Notes under the pieces: generated by a model
The model's input: only the letters and a program-made list of their open reading frames with translations
What the model was told of the DNA's origin: nothing
The model's database searches: none
Part shown: positions 1-13,533 of the stretch, piece by piece
Layout of the letters: the number at the start of each line of letters is the position of its first letter
Numbering within the stretch: the stretch's first letter is position 1
Assembly: GCA_027923505.1 (NCBI GenBank)
Contig: BROI01000001.1
Span: forward strand, 744,001 to 808,000
Origin: Mayamaea pseudoterrestris
Taxonomy: Eukaryota
Direction of reading: 5' to 3'
DNA length: 64,000 bases
Translations under genes and position numbers: made by a program

Positions 1-3000
1 CGGCCTCCACGGTGGGTATGGCCAACACCACAAGTTGTCGATTCTGACCTGTCAAACGCCCCATGCCCTGGCCACCCAAATACCCAATGAGTCAGGCTAA
101 ACATGTCCAGGGTTTGCCATTGACAGGTGCAGAGTCTCAAATGGTGCAAAAAGGACTGCCTGGAGGCTGACACCATGGGTACGGCCTCCACGGTGGGTAT
201 GGCCAACACCACAAGTTGTCGATTCTGACCTGTCAAACGCCCCATGCCCTGGCCACCCAAATACCCAATGAGTCAGGCCAAACATGTCCAGGGAATGCCA
301 TTGACAGGTGCAGAGTCTCAAAGAAAAAGGACTGCCTGGAGGCTGACACCATGGGCACGGCCTCCACGGTGGGTTGCACACCGACTGCCTGTCAAACGCC
401 CCATGCCCTACCCAAATACCCAATGTCGGCAAAACATGTCCAGGGTATACCATTGACAGGTGCAGAGTCTCAAATGGTAAAAGGACTGTCTGGAGGCTGA
501 CACCATGGGTACGGCCTCCACGGTGGGTATGGCCAACACCACAAGTTGTCGATTCTGACCTGTCAAACGCCCCATGCCCTGGCCACCCAAATACCCAATG
601 AGTCAGGGCAAACATGTCCAGGGTATGCCATTGACAGGTGCAGAGTCTCAAATGGTGCAAAAAGGACTGCCTGGAGGCTGACACCATGGGTACGGCCTCC
701 ACGGTGGGTATGGCCAACACCACAAGTTGTCGATTCTGACCTGTCAAACGCCCCATGCCCTGGCCACCCAAATACCCAATGAGTCAGGCCAAAACATGCT
801 CCAGGGGAGCCACAGGGCAGAGTCTCAAATGGCGCAAAAAGGACTGCCTGGAGGCTGACACCATGGGTACGGCCTCCACGGGGGGTATGGGGCACAACAC
901 CATCTCTCGTCAAACGCCCCATGCCCTGGCCACCCAAATACCCAATGAGTCAGGCAAACATGTCCAGGGTATGCCATTGACAGGCAGAGTCTCAAATGGT
1001 GCAAAAAGGACTGCCTGGAGGTGACACCATGGGTACGGCCCCACGGTGGGTGTGGCTCCAACACCAAAGTTGCCGATCACCCTGTCAAACGCCCCGCCCG
1101 GGGGCCAAATACCCAATGAGTCAGGCCAAACATGTCCAGGGTATGCCATTGACAGGTGCAGAGTCTCAAATGGTGCAAAAGGGACTGCCTGGAGGCTGAC
1201 ACCATGGGTACGGCCTCCACGGTGGGTATGGCCAACACCACAAGCTGTCGATTCTGACCTGTCAAACGCCCCATGCCCTGGCCACCCAAATACCCAACGA
1301 GTCAGGCCAAACATGTCCAGGGTATGCCAATGACAGGTGCAGAGTCTCAAATGGTGCAAAAGGACTGCCTGGAGGCTGACACCATGGGTACGGCCCCACG
1401 GTGGGTAGGGGGCCAACACCACAAGTTGTCGATCCTGACCTGTCAAACGCCCCATGCCCTGGCCACCCAAATACCCAATGAGTCAGGCCAAACATGTCCA
1501 GGGTATGCCATTGACAGGTGCAGAGTCTCAAATGGTGCAAAAAGGACTGCCTGGAGGCTGACACCATGGGTACGGCCTCCACGGGGGGTATGGCCAACAC
1601 CACAAGTTCGGCGGCGGGAAGGTCTGGGGGGGCGGCCAATTCTGACCTGTCAAACGCCCCATGCCCTGGCCACCCAAATACCCAATGAGTCAGGCCAAAC
1701 ATGTCCAGGGTGGGCCCAATGACAGGGCAGGAGTCTCAAACGGGCAAAAGACGCCTGGAGGCCGACACCATGGGTACGGCTCCACGGTGGGTATGGCCAA
1801 CACCACAAGCTGCGACTGACCTGTCAAACGCCCCATGCCCCGGGCCACCCAAACACCCAATGAGTCAGGCAAAACATGTCCAGGGTATGCCATTGACAGG
1901 TGCAGAGTCTCAAATGGTCCAAAACTGCCTGGAGGTGACACAGGGTACGGCCTCCACGGGGGATGGCCCAACACCACAAGTGCGATTCTAACCCTGTCAA
2001 ACGCCCCATGCCCTGGCCACCCAAATACCCAATGAGTCAGGCCAAACATGTCCAGGGTATGTCTTTGACAGGTGAAGAGTCTCAAATGGTGCAAAAAGGA
2101 CTGCCTGGAGGCTGACACCATGGGTACGGCCTCCACGGGGGTGGCGGCCAACACTGCCGACCTGACCTGTCAAACGCCCCATGCCCTGGGCCACCCAAAA
2201 CCCAATGAGTCAGGCAAACACGTCCAGGGGACGCCACGACAGGGCAGAGTCCAAATGGTGCAAAAGGACCGCCTGGAGGCCGACACATGGGCACGGCTCC
2301 ACGGGGGTATGGCCAACACCACAAGCTGCCGATTCTGCCCTGCAAACGCCCCATGCCCTGGGCCACCCAAATACCCAATGAGTCAGGCCAAACATGTCCA
2401 GGGTAGGCCATTGACAGGAGCAGAGCCTCAAATGGTGCAAAAGGACTGCCTGGAGGCTGACACCATGGGTACGGCCCCACTGTGGGTAAGGCCACACCAC
2501 AAGTTGCCGATCTGACCTGTCACCAACGCCCCATGCCCTGGCCACCCAAATACCCGAGAGCAGGCCAAAACATGTCCAGGGTATGCCATTGACAGGGGCA
2601 GAGTCTCAAATGGTGCAAAAAGACGACTGCCTGGAGGCTGACACACAAGGACGCCCCCACGGGCGGGTATGGCCAACACCACAGTTGTCGATTTGACCTG
2701 TCAAACGCCCCATGCTCCCGGCCACCCAAACACCCAATGAGCCAGGCCAAACATGTCCAGGGTATGCCATTGACAGGGCAGGCGGGGTGCAAAAGGACCG
2801 CCTGGAGGCTGACACCATGGGTGCGGCCCCACGGGGGTAAGGGGCCAACACCACAGGCGATCGACCTGTCAAACGCCCCATGCCCTGGCCACCCAAAACA
2901 CCAATGAGTCAGCCAAACATGTCCAGGGCATGCCATTGACAGGTGCAGAGTCTCAAAATGGTGCAAAAAGGACCGCCTGAGGCTGACACCCGGGTGCGGC

Positions 3001-6000
3001 CCCACGGTGGGTGATGGGCCAACACCACAACTTGTCGATTTCTGACCTGTCAAACGCCCCACGCCCTGGCCACACCAAATACCCAATGAGTCAGGCCAAA
3101 CATGTCCTGGGTATGCCATTGACAGTGTGCAGAGTCTCAAATGGTGCAAAAAGGACTGCCTGGAGGCTGACACCACATGGGCACGGCCCCCACGGTGGGT
3201 ATGGCCAACACCACAAGTTGTCGATTCTGACCTGTCAACTGCCCCATGCCCTGGCCACCCAAATACCCAATGAGTCAGGCCAAACATGTCCAGGTTATGC
3301 CATTACAGGTGCAGAGGCTCAAAATGGTGCAAAAGGACTGCCTGGAGGCTGACACCAGAGTACGGCCTCCACGGTGGGTGGCGCAACACCACAAGTTGTC
3401 GCTGACCCCCGTCAAACGCCCCATGCCCGGCACAAATACCCAATGTCAGGCCAAACATGTCCCAAGTATGCCATTGACAGGCAGAGTCTAAATGGTGAAA
3501 AAGTGACTGCCTGAGGCTGACACCATGGGTACGGCTCTCCACGGTGGGTGGCGGGCCAACACCACAAGTTGTCGATTCCGACCAAACCATGCCCTGGCCA
3601 CCAATACCCAATGAGTCAGGCAAACATGTCCAGGGTATGCCATTGACAGGTGCAGAGTGCAGAAAGGACTGCCTGGAGGCTGACAATTACGGGTACGGCC
3701 TCCACAGTGGGTATGGCCACACACGTGCTGTCGATTCTGACCTGTCAAACGCCCCATGCCCTGGCCACCAAATACCCAATGAGTCGGTGCCAAACATGTC
3801 CAGGGTATGCCATTGACAGGTGCAGAGTCTCAAATGGTGCAAGACGCCTAGGCCACGACGGCCCACGGTGGGTATGGCCAACACCACAAGCTGCCGATTC
3901 TACCTGTCAAACGCCCCATGCCCTGGCCATCCAAATACCCAATGAGTCAGGCCAAACATGTCCAGGGTATGCCATTGACAGGTGCAGAGTCTCAAATGGT
4001 GCAAAAAGGACTGCCTGGAGGCTGACACCATGGGTACGGTCCACGGTGGGGCACAACACCACAAGTTGTCGACGGACCCGTCAAAGCCCCTGCCCTGGCC
4101 ACAAATACCCAATGAGTCACAGGCCAAACATGTCCAGGGTATGCCATCGACAGGTGCAGAGTTCCTGCACGAAGGGTACGGCCAGGGGTAAGAAGGACAG
4201 GGCCCAAACGCCCCATGCCCTGGCCACACCAAATACCCAATAAGGCAGCCAAACATGTCCAGGGGTATGCTATCATTGACAGGTGCAGAGTCTCAAATGG
4301 TGCAAAAGGGACTGCCTGAGGCTACACCTCTGTGCGGGTCGCCCTCCAGGGTGGGTATGGCCAACACCACAAAAGTTGTCATATCTCTGACCTGTCAAAC
4401 GCCCCATGCCCTGGCCACCCAAATACCCAATGAGTCAGGCCAAACATGTCCCGGGTATGCCATTGACAGGTAGAGTCTCAAATGGGCAAAAAACTGAAGC
4501 TAGGCTGACACCATTGGTACGGCCCACGGTGGGTGTGGGCCAACAGCACAGCTAGCCGCATCTCTGACCTGTCAAACCGCCCCCATGCCACCCAAATACC
4601 CCGATGAGCCAGGCCAAAACATGTCCAGGGTATGCATTGACATGCAGAGTCTCAAATGGTGCAAAAACGACTGCCTGGAGGCTGACCACCAAGCGGGTAC
4701 GGCCACGGGGGGTATGGCCAACACCACAGCAAGATCTGACCTGTCAAACGCCCCATGCCCTGGCCACCCAAATACCCAATGAGTCAGGCCAAACATGTCC
4801 AGGGTATGCCATTAACAGGTGCAGAGTCTCAAATGGTGCAAAAAGGACTGCCTGGAGGCTGACACCACTGGTACGGCCCCACGGCGAACTAACACCACGG
4901 TCGATCTGACCTGTCAAACGCCCCATGCCCCCACACCAAACACCAATAGAGCCAGGCCAAACATGTCCGGGTATGCCATTGACAGGTGGCAGTCTCAAAT
5001 GGTGCAAAAGGACTGCCTGGAGGCTGACACCCCACGGTGGGTATGGCCAACACCACAAGTTGTCGATTCTGACCTGTCAAACGCCCCATGCCCTAGCCAC
5101 CCAAATACCCAATGAGTCAGGCCAAACATGTCCAGGGTATGCCATTGACAGGTGCAGAGTCTCAAATGGTGCCAAAAGGACTGCCTGGAGGCTGACACCA
5201 TGGGTACGCCTCCACGGGGTGGGTAACGGGCTGCTAACACCACAAGTTGTAGATTCTGCCCTGTCAACCACCCCATGCCATGGGCACCCAAATACCCAAT
5301 GAGTCAAGCAAACATGTCCAGGTCCACAGGTGCAGAGTCTCAAATGGTGCAGCGACCGTCCTAGGCTGACACCATGGGCACGCCCCACGGGTGGGGTATG
5401 GCCAACGACCACCAAGCTGCAGATTCTTCCCTGTCAAACGCCCCATGCCCTGGCCACCCAAATACCCAATGAGTCAAGCCAAACATGTCCAGGGTATGCC
5501 ATTGACAGGTGCAGAGTCTCAAATGGTTGAAAAAGACTGCCTAGGCTGACACCATGGGTAAGGCTCTCCACGGTATGGCCAACACCACAAGTTGTCGATT
5601 CTGACCCGCGCCCCATGCCCTGGCCACCCAAAATACCCCAAAGAGTCAGGCCAAACATGTCCACGGTGGCGCATTGACAGGTGCAGAAAGGCCCCAATGG
5701 TGAAAAGGACCGCCTGACGCTGACACCATTGCACGGCCTCCGGTGGGTATGGCCAAACACCAGCGGTTGTCGATTCCTGACCTGTCAAACGCCCCGCATG
5801 CCCTGGCCACCCAAATCCAGGGTATGCCATTGGGTGCAGACTCCTCAAACGGGAAAGGACTGCCTGAGGCTGACACCATGGGTACGGCTCTCCACGGTGG
5901 GTATGGCGCACCACCACAAGCTGTCGACACCCGTCAACGCCCCATGCCCTGGGCCACCAATACCAAGCGAGCGTTGGGCAAACATGTCCAGGGTATGCCA

Positions 6001-9000
6001 TTGACAGACAATGGTGCAAAAGGACTGCTGGAGGCTGACAACATGGGCGGGGGCGCCAACACCACAAGTTGTCGATTCACTGTCAAACGCCCCATGCCCT
6101 GGCTCACCAAATACCAATAATTCAGGCCAAACATGTCCAGGGTATGCCATTGACAGGTGCAGCCCAATGGGCAAAAAGACTGCCTGGGAGGCTGACACCA
6201 TGGGTACGGCTCCACGGTGGGTGCGGCCACACCCAAGTTGCTCGACATTCTGACCTGTCAAACGCCCCATGCCCTGGCCACCAAATACCAATGAGTCAGA
6301 CCACATGTCCCGGGTATGCCATGACAGGCAGAAGTCCCAAATGGTGCAAAAAGGACTGCCTGGAGGCTGACACCATGGGTACGGCCTCCACGGTGGGTAT
6401 GGCCAACACCACAAGTTGTCGATTCTGACCTGTCAAACGCCCCATGCCCTGGCCACCCAAATACCCAATGAGTCAGACCAAACATGTCCAGGGTATGCCA
6501 TTGACAGGTGCAGAGTCTCAAATGGTGCAAAAAGGACTGCCTGGAGGCTGACACCATGGGTACGGCCTCCACGGTGGGTATGGCCAACACCACAAGTTGT
6601 CGATTCTGACCTGAAAAACGCCCCACGCCCTGGCCACCCAAATACCCAATGAGTCAGGCCAAACATGTCCAGGGTATGCCATTGACAGGTGCAGAGTCTC
6701 AAATGGTGCAAAAAGGACTGCCTGGAGGCTGACACACACGGCCTCCACGGTGGGTATGGCCAACACCACAAGTTGTGGATTATGACCTGTCAAACGCCCC
6801 ATGCCCTGGCCACCCAAATACCCAATGAGTCAGGCCAAACATGTCCAGGGTATGCCATTGACAGGAGCAGAGTCTCAAATGGTGCAAAAAGGACTGCCTG
6901 GAGGCTGACACCATGGGTACGGCCTCCACGGTGGGTATGGCCAACACACAAAGTTGTCGATTCTGACCTGTCAAACGCCCCATGCCCTGGCCACCCAAAT
7001 ACCCAATGAGTCAGGCAAAACATGTCCAGGGTATGCCATTGACAGGTGCAGAGTCTCAAATGGTGCAAAAAGGACTGCCTGGAGGCTGACACACACGGCC
7101 TCCACGGTGGGTATGGCCAACACCACAAGTTGTCGATTCTGACCTGTCAAACGCCCCATGCCCTGGCCACCCAAATACCCAATGAGTCAGGCCAAACATG
7201 TCCAGGGTATGCCATTGACAGGTGCAGAGTCTCAAATGGTGCAAAAAGGACTGCCTGGAGGCTGACACCATGGGTACGGCCTCCACTGTGGGTATGGCCA
7301 ACACCACAAGTTGTCGATTCTTCCCTGTCAAACGCCCCATGCCCTGGCCACCCAAATACCCAATGAGTCAGGCAAAACATGTCCAGGGTATGCCATTGAC
7401 AGGTGCAGAGTCTCAAATGGTGCAAAAAGGACTGCCTGGAGGCTGAAAACATGGGTACGGCCTCCACGGTGGGTATGGCCAACACCACAAGTTGTAGATT
7501 CTGACCTGTCAAACGCCCCATGCCCTGGCCACCCAAATACCCAATGAGTCAGGCAAAACATGTCCAGGGTATGCCATTGACAGGTGCAGAGTCTCAAATG
7601 GTGCAAAAGGACTGCCTGGAGGCTGACACCATGGGTACGGCCTCCACGGTGGGTATGGCCAACACCACAAGTTGTCGATTCTGACCTGTCAAACGCCCCA
7701 TGCCCTGGCCACCCAAATACCCAATGAGTCAGGCAAAACATGTCCAGGGTATGCCATTGACAGGTGCAGAGTCTCAAATGGTGCAAAAAGGACTGCCTGG
7801 AGGCTGACACCATGGGTACGGCCTCCACGGTGGGTATGGCCAACACCACAAGTTGTCGATTCTGCCCTGTCAAACGCCCCATGCCCTGGCCACCCAAATA
7901 CCCAATGAGTCAGGCAAAACATGTCCAGGGTATGCCATTGACAGGTGCAGAGTCTCAAATGGTGCAAAAGGACTGCCTGGAGGCTGACACCATGGGTACG
8001 GCCTCCACGGTGGGTATGGCCAACACCACAAGTTGTAGATTCTTCCCTGTCAAACGCCCCATGCCCTGGCCACCCAAATACCCAATGAGTCAGGCAAAAC
8101 ATGTCCAGGGTATGCCATTGACAGGTGCAGAGTCTCAAATGGTGCAAAAGGACTGCCTGGAGGCTGACACCATGGGTACGGCCTCCACTGTGGGTATGGC
8201 CAACACCACAAGTTGCAGATTCTTCCCTGTCAAACGCCCCATGCCCTGGCCACCCAAATACCCAATGAGTCAGGCAAAACATGTCCAGGGTATGCCATTG
8301 ACAGGTGCAGAGTCTCAAATGGTGCAAAAAGGACTGCCTGGAGGCTGACACCATGGGTACGGCCTCCACTGTGGGTATGGCCAACACCACAAGTTGTAGA
8401 TTCTTCCCTGTCAAACGCCCCATGCCCTGGCCACCCAAATACCCAATGAGTCAGGCAAAACATGTCCAGGGTATGCCATTGACAGGTGCAGAGTCTCAAA
8501 TGGTGCAAAAGGACTGCCTGGAGGCTGAAAACATGGGTACGGCCTCCACTGTGGGTATGGCCAACACCACAAGTTGCAGATTCTTCCCTGTCAAACGCCC
8601 CATGCCCTGGCCACCCAAATACCCAATGAGTCAGGCAAAACATGTCCAGGGTATGCCATTGACAGGTGCAGAGTCTCAAATGGTGCAAAAAGGACTGCCT
8701 GGAGGCTGAAAACATGGGTACGGCCTCCACTGTGGGTATGGCCAACACCACAAGTTGTAGATTCTTCCCTGTCAAACGCCCCATGCCCTGGCCACCCAAA
8801 TACCCAATGAGTCAGGCAAAACATGTCCAGGGTATGCCATTGACAGGTGCAGAGTCTCAAATGGTGCAAAAGGACTGCCTGGAGGCTGACACCATGGGTA
8901 CGGCCTCCACGGTGGGTATGGCCAACACCACAAGTTGTAGATTCTTCCCTGTCAAACGCCCCATGCCCTGGCCACCCAAATACCCAATGAGTCAGGCAAA

Positions 9001-12000
9001 ACATGTCCAGGGTATGCCATTGACAGGTGCAGAGTCTCAAATGGTGCAAAAAGGACTGCCTGGAGGCTGAAAACATGGGTACGGCCTCCACTGTGGGTAT
9101 GGCCAACACCACAAGTTGCAGATTCTTACCTGTCAAACGCCCCATGCCCTGGCCACCCAAATACCCAATGAGTCAGGCAAAACATGTCCAGGGTATGCCA
9201 TTGACAGGTGCATAGTCTCAAATGGTGCAAAAAGGACTGCCTGGAGGCTGACACCATGGGTACGGCCTCCACGGTGGGTATGGCCAACACCACAAGTTGC
9301 AGATTCTTCCCTGTCAAACGCCCCATGCCCTGGCCACCCAAATACCCAATGAGTCAGGCAAAACATGTCCAGGGTATGCCATTGACAGGTGCAGAGTCTC
9401 AAATGGTGCAAACGGACTGCCTGGAGGCTGACAACATGGGTACGGCCTCCACTGTGGGTATGGCCAACACCACAAGTTGTAGATTCTTCCCTGTCAAACG
9501 CCCCATGCCCTGGCCACCCAAATACCCAATGAGTCAGGCAAAACATGTCCAGGGTATGCCATTGACAGGTGCAGAGTCTCAAATGGTGCAAAAAGGACTG
9601 CCTGGAGGCTGACACCATGGGTACGGCCTCCACTGTGGGTATGGCCAACACCACAAGTTGCAGATTCTTACCTGTCAAACGCCCCATGCCCTGGCCACCC
9701 AAATACCCAATGAGTCAGGCAAAACATGTCCAGGGTATGCCATTGACAGGTGCAGAGTCTCAAATGGTGCAAAAGGACTGCCTGGAGGCTGACACCATGG
9801 GTACGGCCTCCACTGTGGGTATGGCCAACACCACAAGTTGTAGATTCTTCCCTGTCAAACGCCCCATGCCCTGGCCACCCAAATACCCAATGAGTCAGGC
9901 AAAACATGTCCAGGGTATGCCATTGACAGGTGCAGAGTCTCAAATGGTGCAAAAAGGACTGCCTGGAGGCTGACACCATGGGTACGGCCTCCACGGTGGG
10001 TATGGCCAACACCACAAGTTGTCGATTCTTCCCTGTCAAACGCCCCATGCCCTGGCCACCCAAATACCCAATGAGTCAGGCAAAACATGTCCAGGGTATG
10101 CCATTGACAGGTGCAGAGTCTCAAATGGTGCAAAAAGGACTGCCTGGAGGCTGACACCATGGGTACGGCCTCCACTGTGGGTATGGCCAACACCACAAGT
10201 TGCAGATTCTGCCCTGTCAAACGCCCCATGCCCTGGCCACCCAAATACCCAATGAGTCAGGCAAAACATGTCCAGGGTATGCCATTGACAGGTGCAGAGT
10301 CTCAAATGGTGCAAAAAGGACTGCCTGGAGGCTGACACCATGGGTACGGCCTCCACTGTGGGTATGGCCAACACCACAAGTTGCAGATTCATCCCTGTCA
10401 AACGCCCCATGCCCTGGCCACCCAAATACCCAATGAGTCAGGCAAAACATGTCCAGGGTATGCCATTGACAGGTGCAGAGTCTCAAATGGTGCAAAAAGG
10501 ACTGCCTGGAGGCTGACACCATGGGTACGGCCTCCACTGTGGGTATGGCCAACACCACAAGTTGCAGATTCTTCCTGTCAAACGCCCCATGCCCTGGCCA
10601 CCCAAATACCCAATGAGTCAGGCAAAACATGTCCAGGGTATGCCATTGACAGGTGCAGAGTCTCAAATGGTGCAAAAAGGACTGCCTGGAGGCTGACAAC
10701 ATGGGTACGGCCTCCACTGTGGGTATGGCCAACACCACAAGTTGCAGATTCTTACCTGTCAAACGCCCCATGCCCTGGCCACCCAAATACCCAATGAGTC
10801 AGGCAAAACATGTCCAGGGTATGGCATTGACAGGTGCAGAGTCTCAAATGGTGCAAAAAGGACTGCCTGGAGGCTGACACCATGGGTACGGCCTCCACTG
10901 TGGGTATCACCCAAATACCCAATGAGTCAGGCCAAACATGTCCAGGGGATGCCATTGACAGGTGCAGAGTCTCAAATGGTGCAAAAAGGACTGCCTGGAG
11001 GCTGAAACCATGGGTACGGCCTCCACGGTGGGTATGGCCAACACCACAAGTTGCAGATTCTTCCCTGTCAAACGCCCCATGCCCTGGCCACCCAAATACC
11101 CAATGAGTCAGGCCAAACATGTCCAGGGTATGCCATTGACAGGTGCAGAGTCTCAAATGGTGCAAAAAGGACTGCCTGGAGGCTGACAACATGGGTACGG
11201 CCTCCACTGTGGGTATGGCCAACACCACAAGTTGCAGATTCTTCCCTGTCAAACGCCCCATGCCCTGGCCACCCAAATACCCAATGAGTCAGGCAAAACA
11301 TGTCCAGGGTATGCCATTGACAGGTGCAGAGTCTCAAATGGTGCAAAAGGACTGCCTGGAGGCTGAAAACATGGGTACGGCCTCCACTGTGGGTATGGCC
11401 AACACCACAAGTTGCAGATTCTTCCCTGTCAAACGCCCCATGCCCTGGCCACCCAAATACCCAATGAGTCAGGCAAAACATGTCCAGGGTATGCCATTGA
11501 CAGGTGCAGAGTCTCAAATGGTGCAAAAAGGACTGCCTGGAGGCTGACACCATGGGTACGGCCTCCACTGTGGGTATGGCCAACACCACAAGTTGCAGAT
11601 TCTTACCTGTCAAACGCCCCATGCCCTGGCCACCCAAATACCCAATGAGTTAGGCAAAACATATCCAGGGTATGCCATTGACAGGTGCATAGTCTCAAAT
11701 GGTGCAAAAAGGACTGCCTGGAGGCTGACAACATGGGTACGGCCTCCACTGTGGGTATGGCCAACACCACAAGTTGCAGATTCTTCCCTGTCAAACGCCC
11801 CATGCCCTGGCCACCCAAATACCCAATGAGTTAGGCAAAACATGTCCAGGGTATGCCATTGACAGGTGCAGAGTCTCAAATGGTGCAAAAAGGACTGCCT
11901 GGAGGCTGACAACATGGGTACGGCCTCCACTGTGGGTATGGCCAACACCACAAGTTGCAGATTCTTCCCTGTCAAACGCCCCATGCCCTGGCCACCCAAA

Positions 12001-12030
12001 TACCCAATGAGTAAGGCAAACATGTCCAGG
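1..12030. repeat. Tandem satellite array, 180/181-bp monomer, about 66 copies, open at the left edge of the window
   Basis: Monomer cggcctccacggtgggtatggccaacaccacaagttgtcgattctgacctgtcaaacgcc...ctggaggctgacaccatgggta recurs at 1, 182, ... up to ~12030. About 55% GC with only 4 CpG per monomer. Units are near-identical at 6340-12030 and carry many private indels at ~300-6300. Confidence 0.99.
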
Positions 12031-12100
12031 GTGGTTGAGGGTGGTGCAAAAGGCTGCCTGTGACATGGGGTTGCTGGAATTGGCAACACTTGCAGCATAT
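12010..12100. repeat. Degenerate terminal copy of the satellite monomer
   Basis: ccagggt...tggtgcaaaaggctgcctgtgacatggggt...tggcaacacttgcag is collinear with monomer segments ccagggt/tggtgcaaaaaggactgcctg/tgacaccatgggt/tggccaacac/ttgcag. Confidence 0.7.
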
Positions 12101-12381
12101 GGCTCATATGTGTCTCCTGTCCCCTCATGGCATTTAGCCTGCCACTGGGATGGCTCATTTCATCTGTGCGGCAAACACATAAGTGACACCCTTCAACTTT
12201 GAGTTTTGCTGCAGCTTTCCACCTCCTCTGCACCAGCACACACCACCATTATGGCAGTCCTATGTACCTTGAACACATGATTATACTACTACAACAATTC
12301 TGCATAATTTTTAAATCCATTACATAGCCTGGATTACATTTTTTCCCATCCATTCGCTCACAGTTTTTGGAGCTTGCAGCA

Positions 12382-13334
12382 CTACATATTATTGTAGTTT
12401 ACATTGAACAAGGGCTCACCATTCTCGATTGCAAGCTGAGTGACTACGGCAACAGCACGGAACATTGAAGATTGTTTTGATGGATCATGCCGAAAGACTT
12501 GCTTCAAGCAGCCCCATTGCTTGAAACGCTTGTTCACGGTTTCATGCCTCGCCCGCACTCGCTTGGTCAAGGCAACACGTGCAGCACCTTCAGCAAACCG
12601 ACGTGGTGCCACCACAAACTGAGGACACTCTCCAGCATATCCATCATCAGCCTCCACCCTTTCACCTTGGCTCAGCATTCCCTTCAAAGCCTGGCGAAAA
12701 ATCTTGATGTCAGGCCAGTCACCGCAAGGAAACGGTCCAGAAATCCACACAATATGACCTGTAAGAATGCAAAGCGCAACTTCCCAGCGCAGGCCTGGCC
12801 CATTAAATTTATGGGAGTACCACCCTTTCCAAAATGGTTGAAACTGTTGAATGCGAAAGTCAGTGCCATCCACTGAAACCAGGCAATCATTTCCAACGTC
12901 ATTTTGAAGGCGGTTTTCCCAAAGAATCTGTGGAGCAGCATGGGAATAACTGCATGAGAATTGAAAGAAACAAGTAGACAAATTGGAGCTTTACCAGCCA
13001 AACTTACCACTTGATTCTCCGAGAATGAGATTTGATCAATGAAAAGCCAGCTCCACTTTGAAAAGGTCTTCTCGTCAACTCCACCAGCCAAGGAAACTAT
13101 TGCACGCTCAGGGAGATAGAGTTTCATATGCATCAAGCCCCATAACAGATGCTTTGGTTTGGCTCTCTTGTGTATGAACCTTTCAGGTTCAAGTTTGGCC
13201 CAAAGGATGCTGCAAATTGCAGGTGTGGTTCCAAATGTCGAGCGGAAGCGTTGGTCAGTTTGGCCAGTGACGCGGTGGCCATGGCGCGACATTATCTCAT
13301 TGCCAATGCCAACAAAATGCTCTAATGGAACCAT
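12382..13334 (-). CDS. PIF/Harbinger-superfamily DDE transposase (DDE_Tnp_4-like), 2 exons, ~290 aa
   Basis: Exons 13334-13008 and 12927-12382 are joined by an 80-nt GTAAGT...CAG intron (ENQV|ILWENR). Motifs: FRSTFG, VSVDGTD (D1), YSHKF, GPFPCG, EADDGY (D2), RARHETVNKRFK (E). No stops or frameshifts. Confidence 0.88.
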
Positions 13335-13533
13335 TCTAGCTGCTGCACTAGTGACAAGTTAAAAGAAGCTTAGTAAAGTTTGTGGATGCCTCATCAATGG
13401 CATGATGGTCTGCACGATCAAGTCTTCGATGCGATGGCATCGTTCACGACGGCAAGGAATCGAGCGTGGAAGGCGTGCGCGTCGCTCTGCCACGCACTCT
13501 TGTGAACGAGCACTTCTCACGGACCACGACACA

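Noticed and set aside
1..181. Hammerhead ribozyme in the satellite monomer
   Set aside because: I found no CUGANGA plus GAAA core on either strand of the consensus.
1..12030. CRISPR-like or guide-RNA array
   Set aside because: There are no unique spacers. The whole monomer repeats, variation is limited to SNPs and indels, and no cas-like gene is present.
97..12239. Dozens of ORFs within the array
   Set aside because: These are by-products of a stop-poor repeat whose 181/180-bp period shifts frame. No domain or gene structure supports them.
12684..13334. Frameshifted transposase pseudogene
   Set aside because: The two overlapping ORFs are joined in frame by a canonical 80-nt intron.
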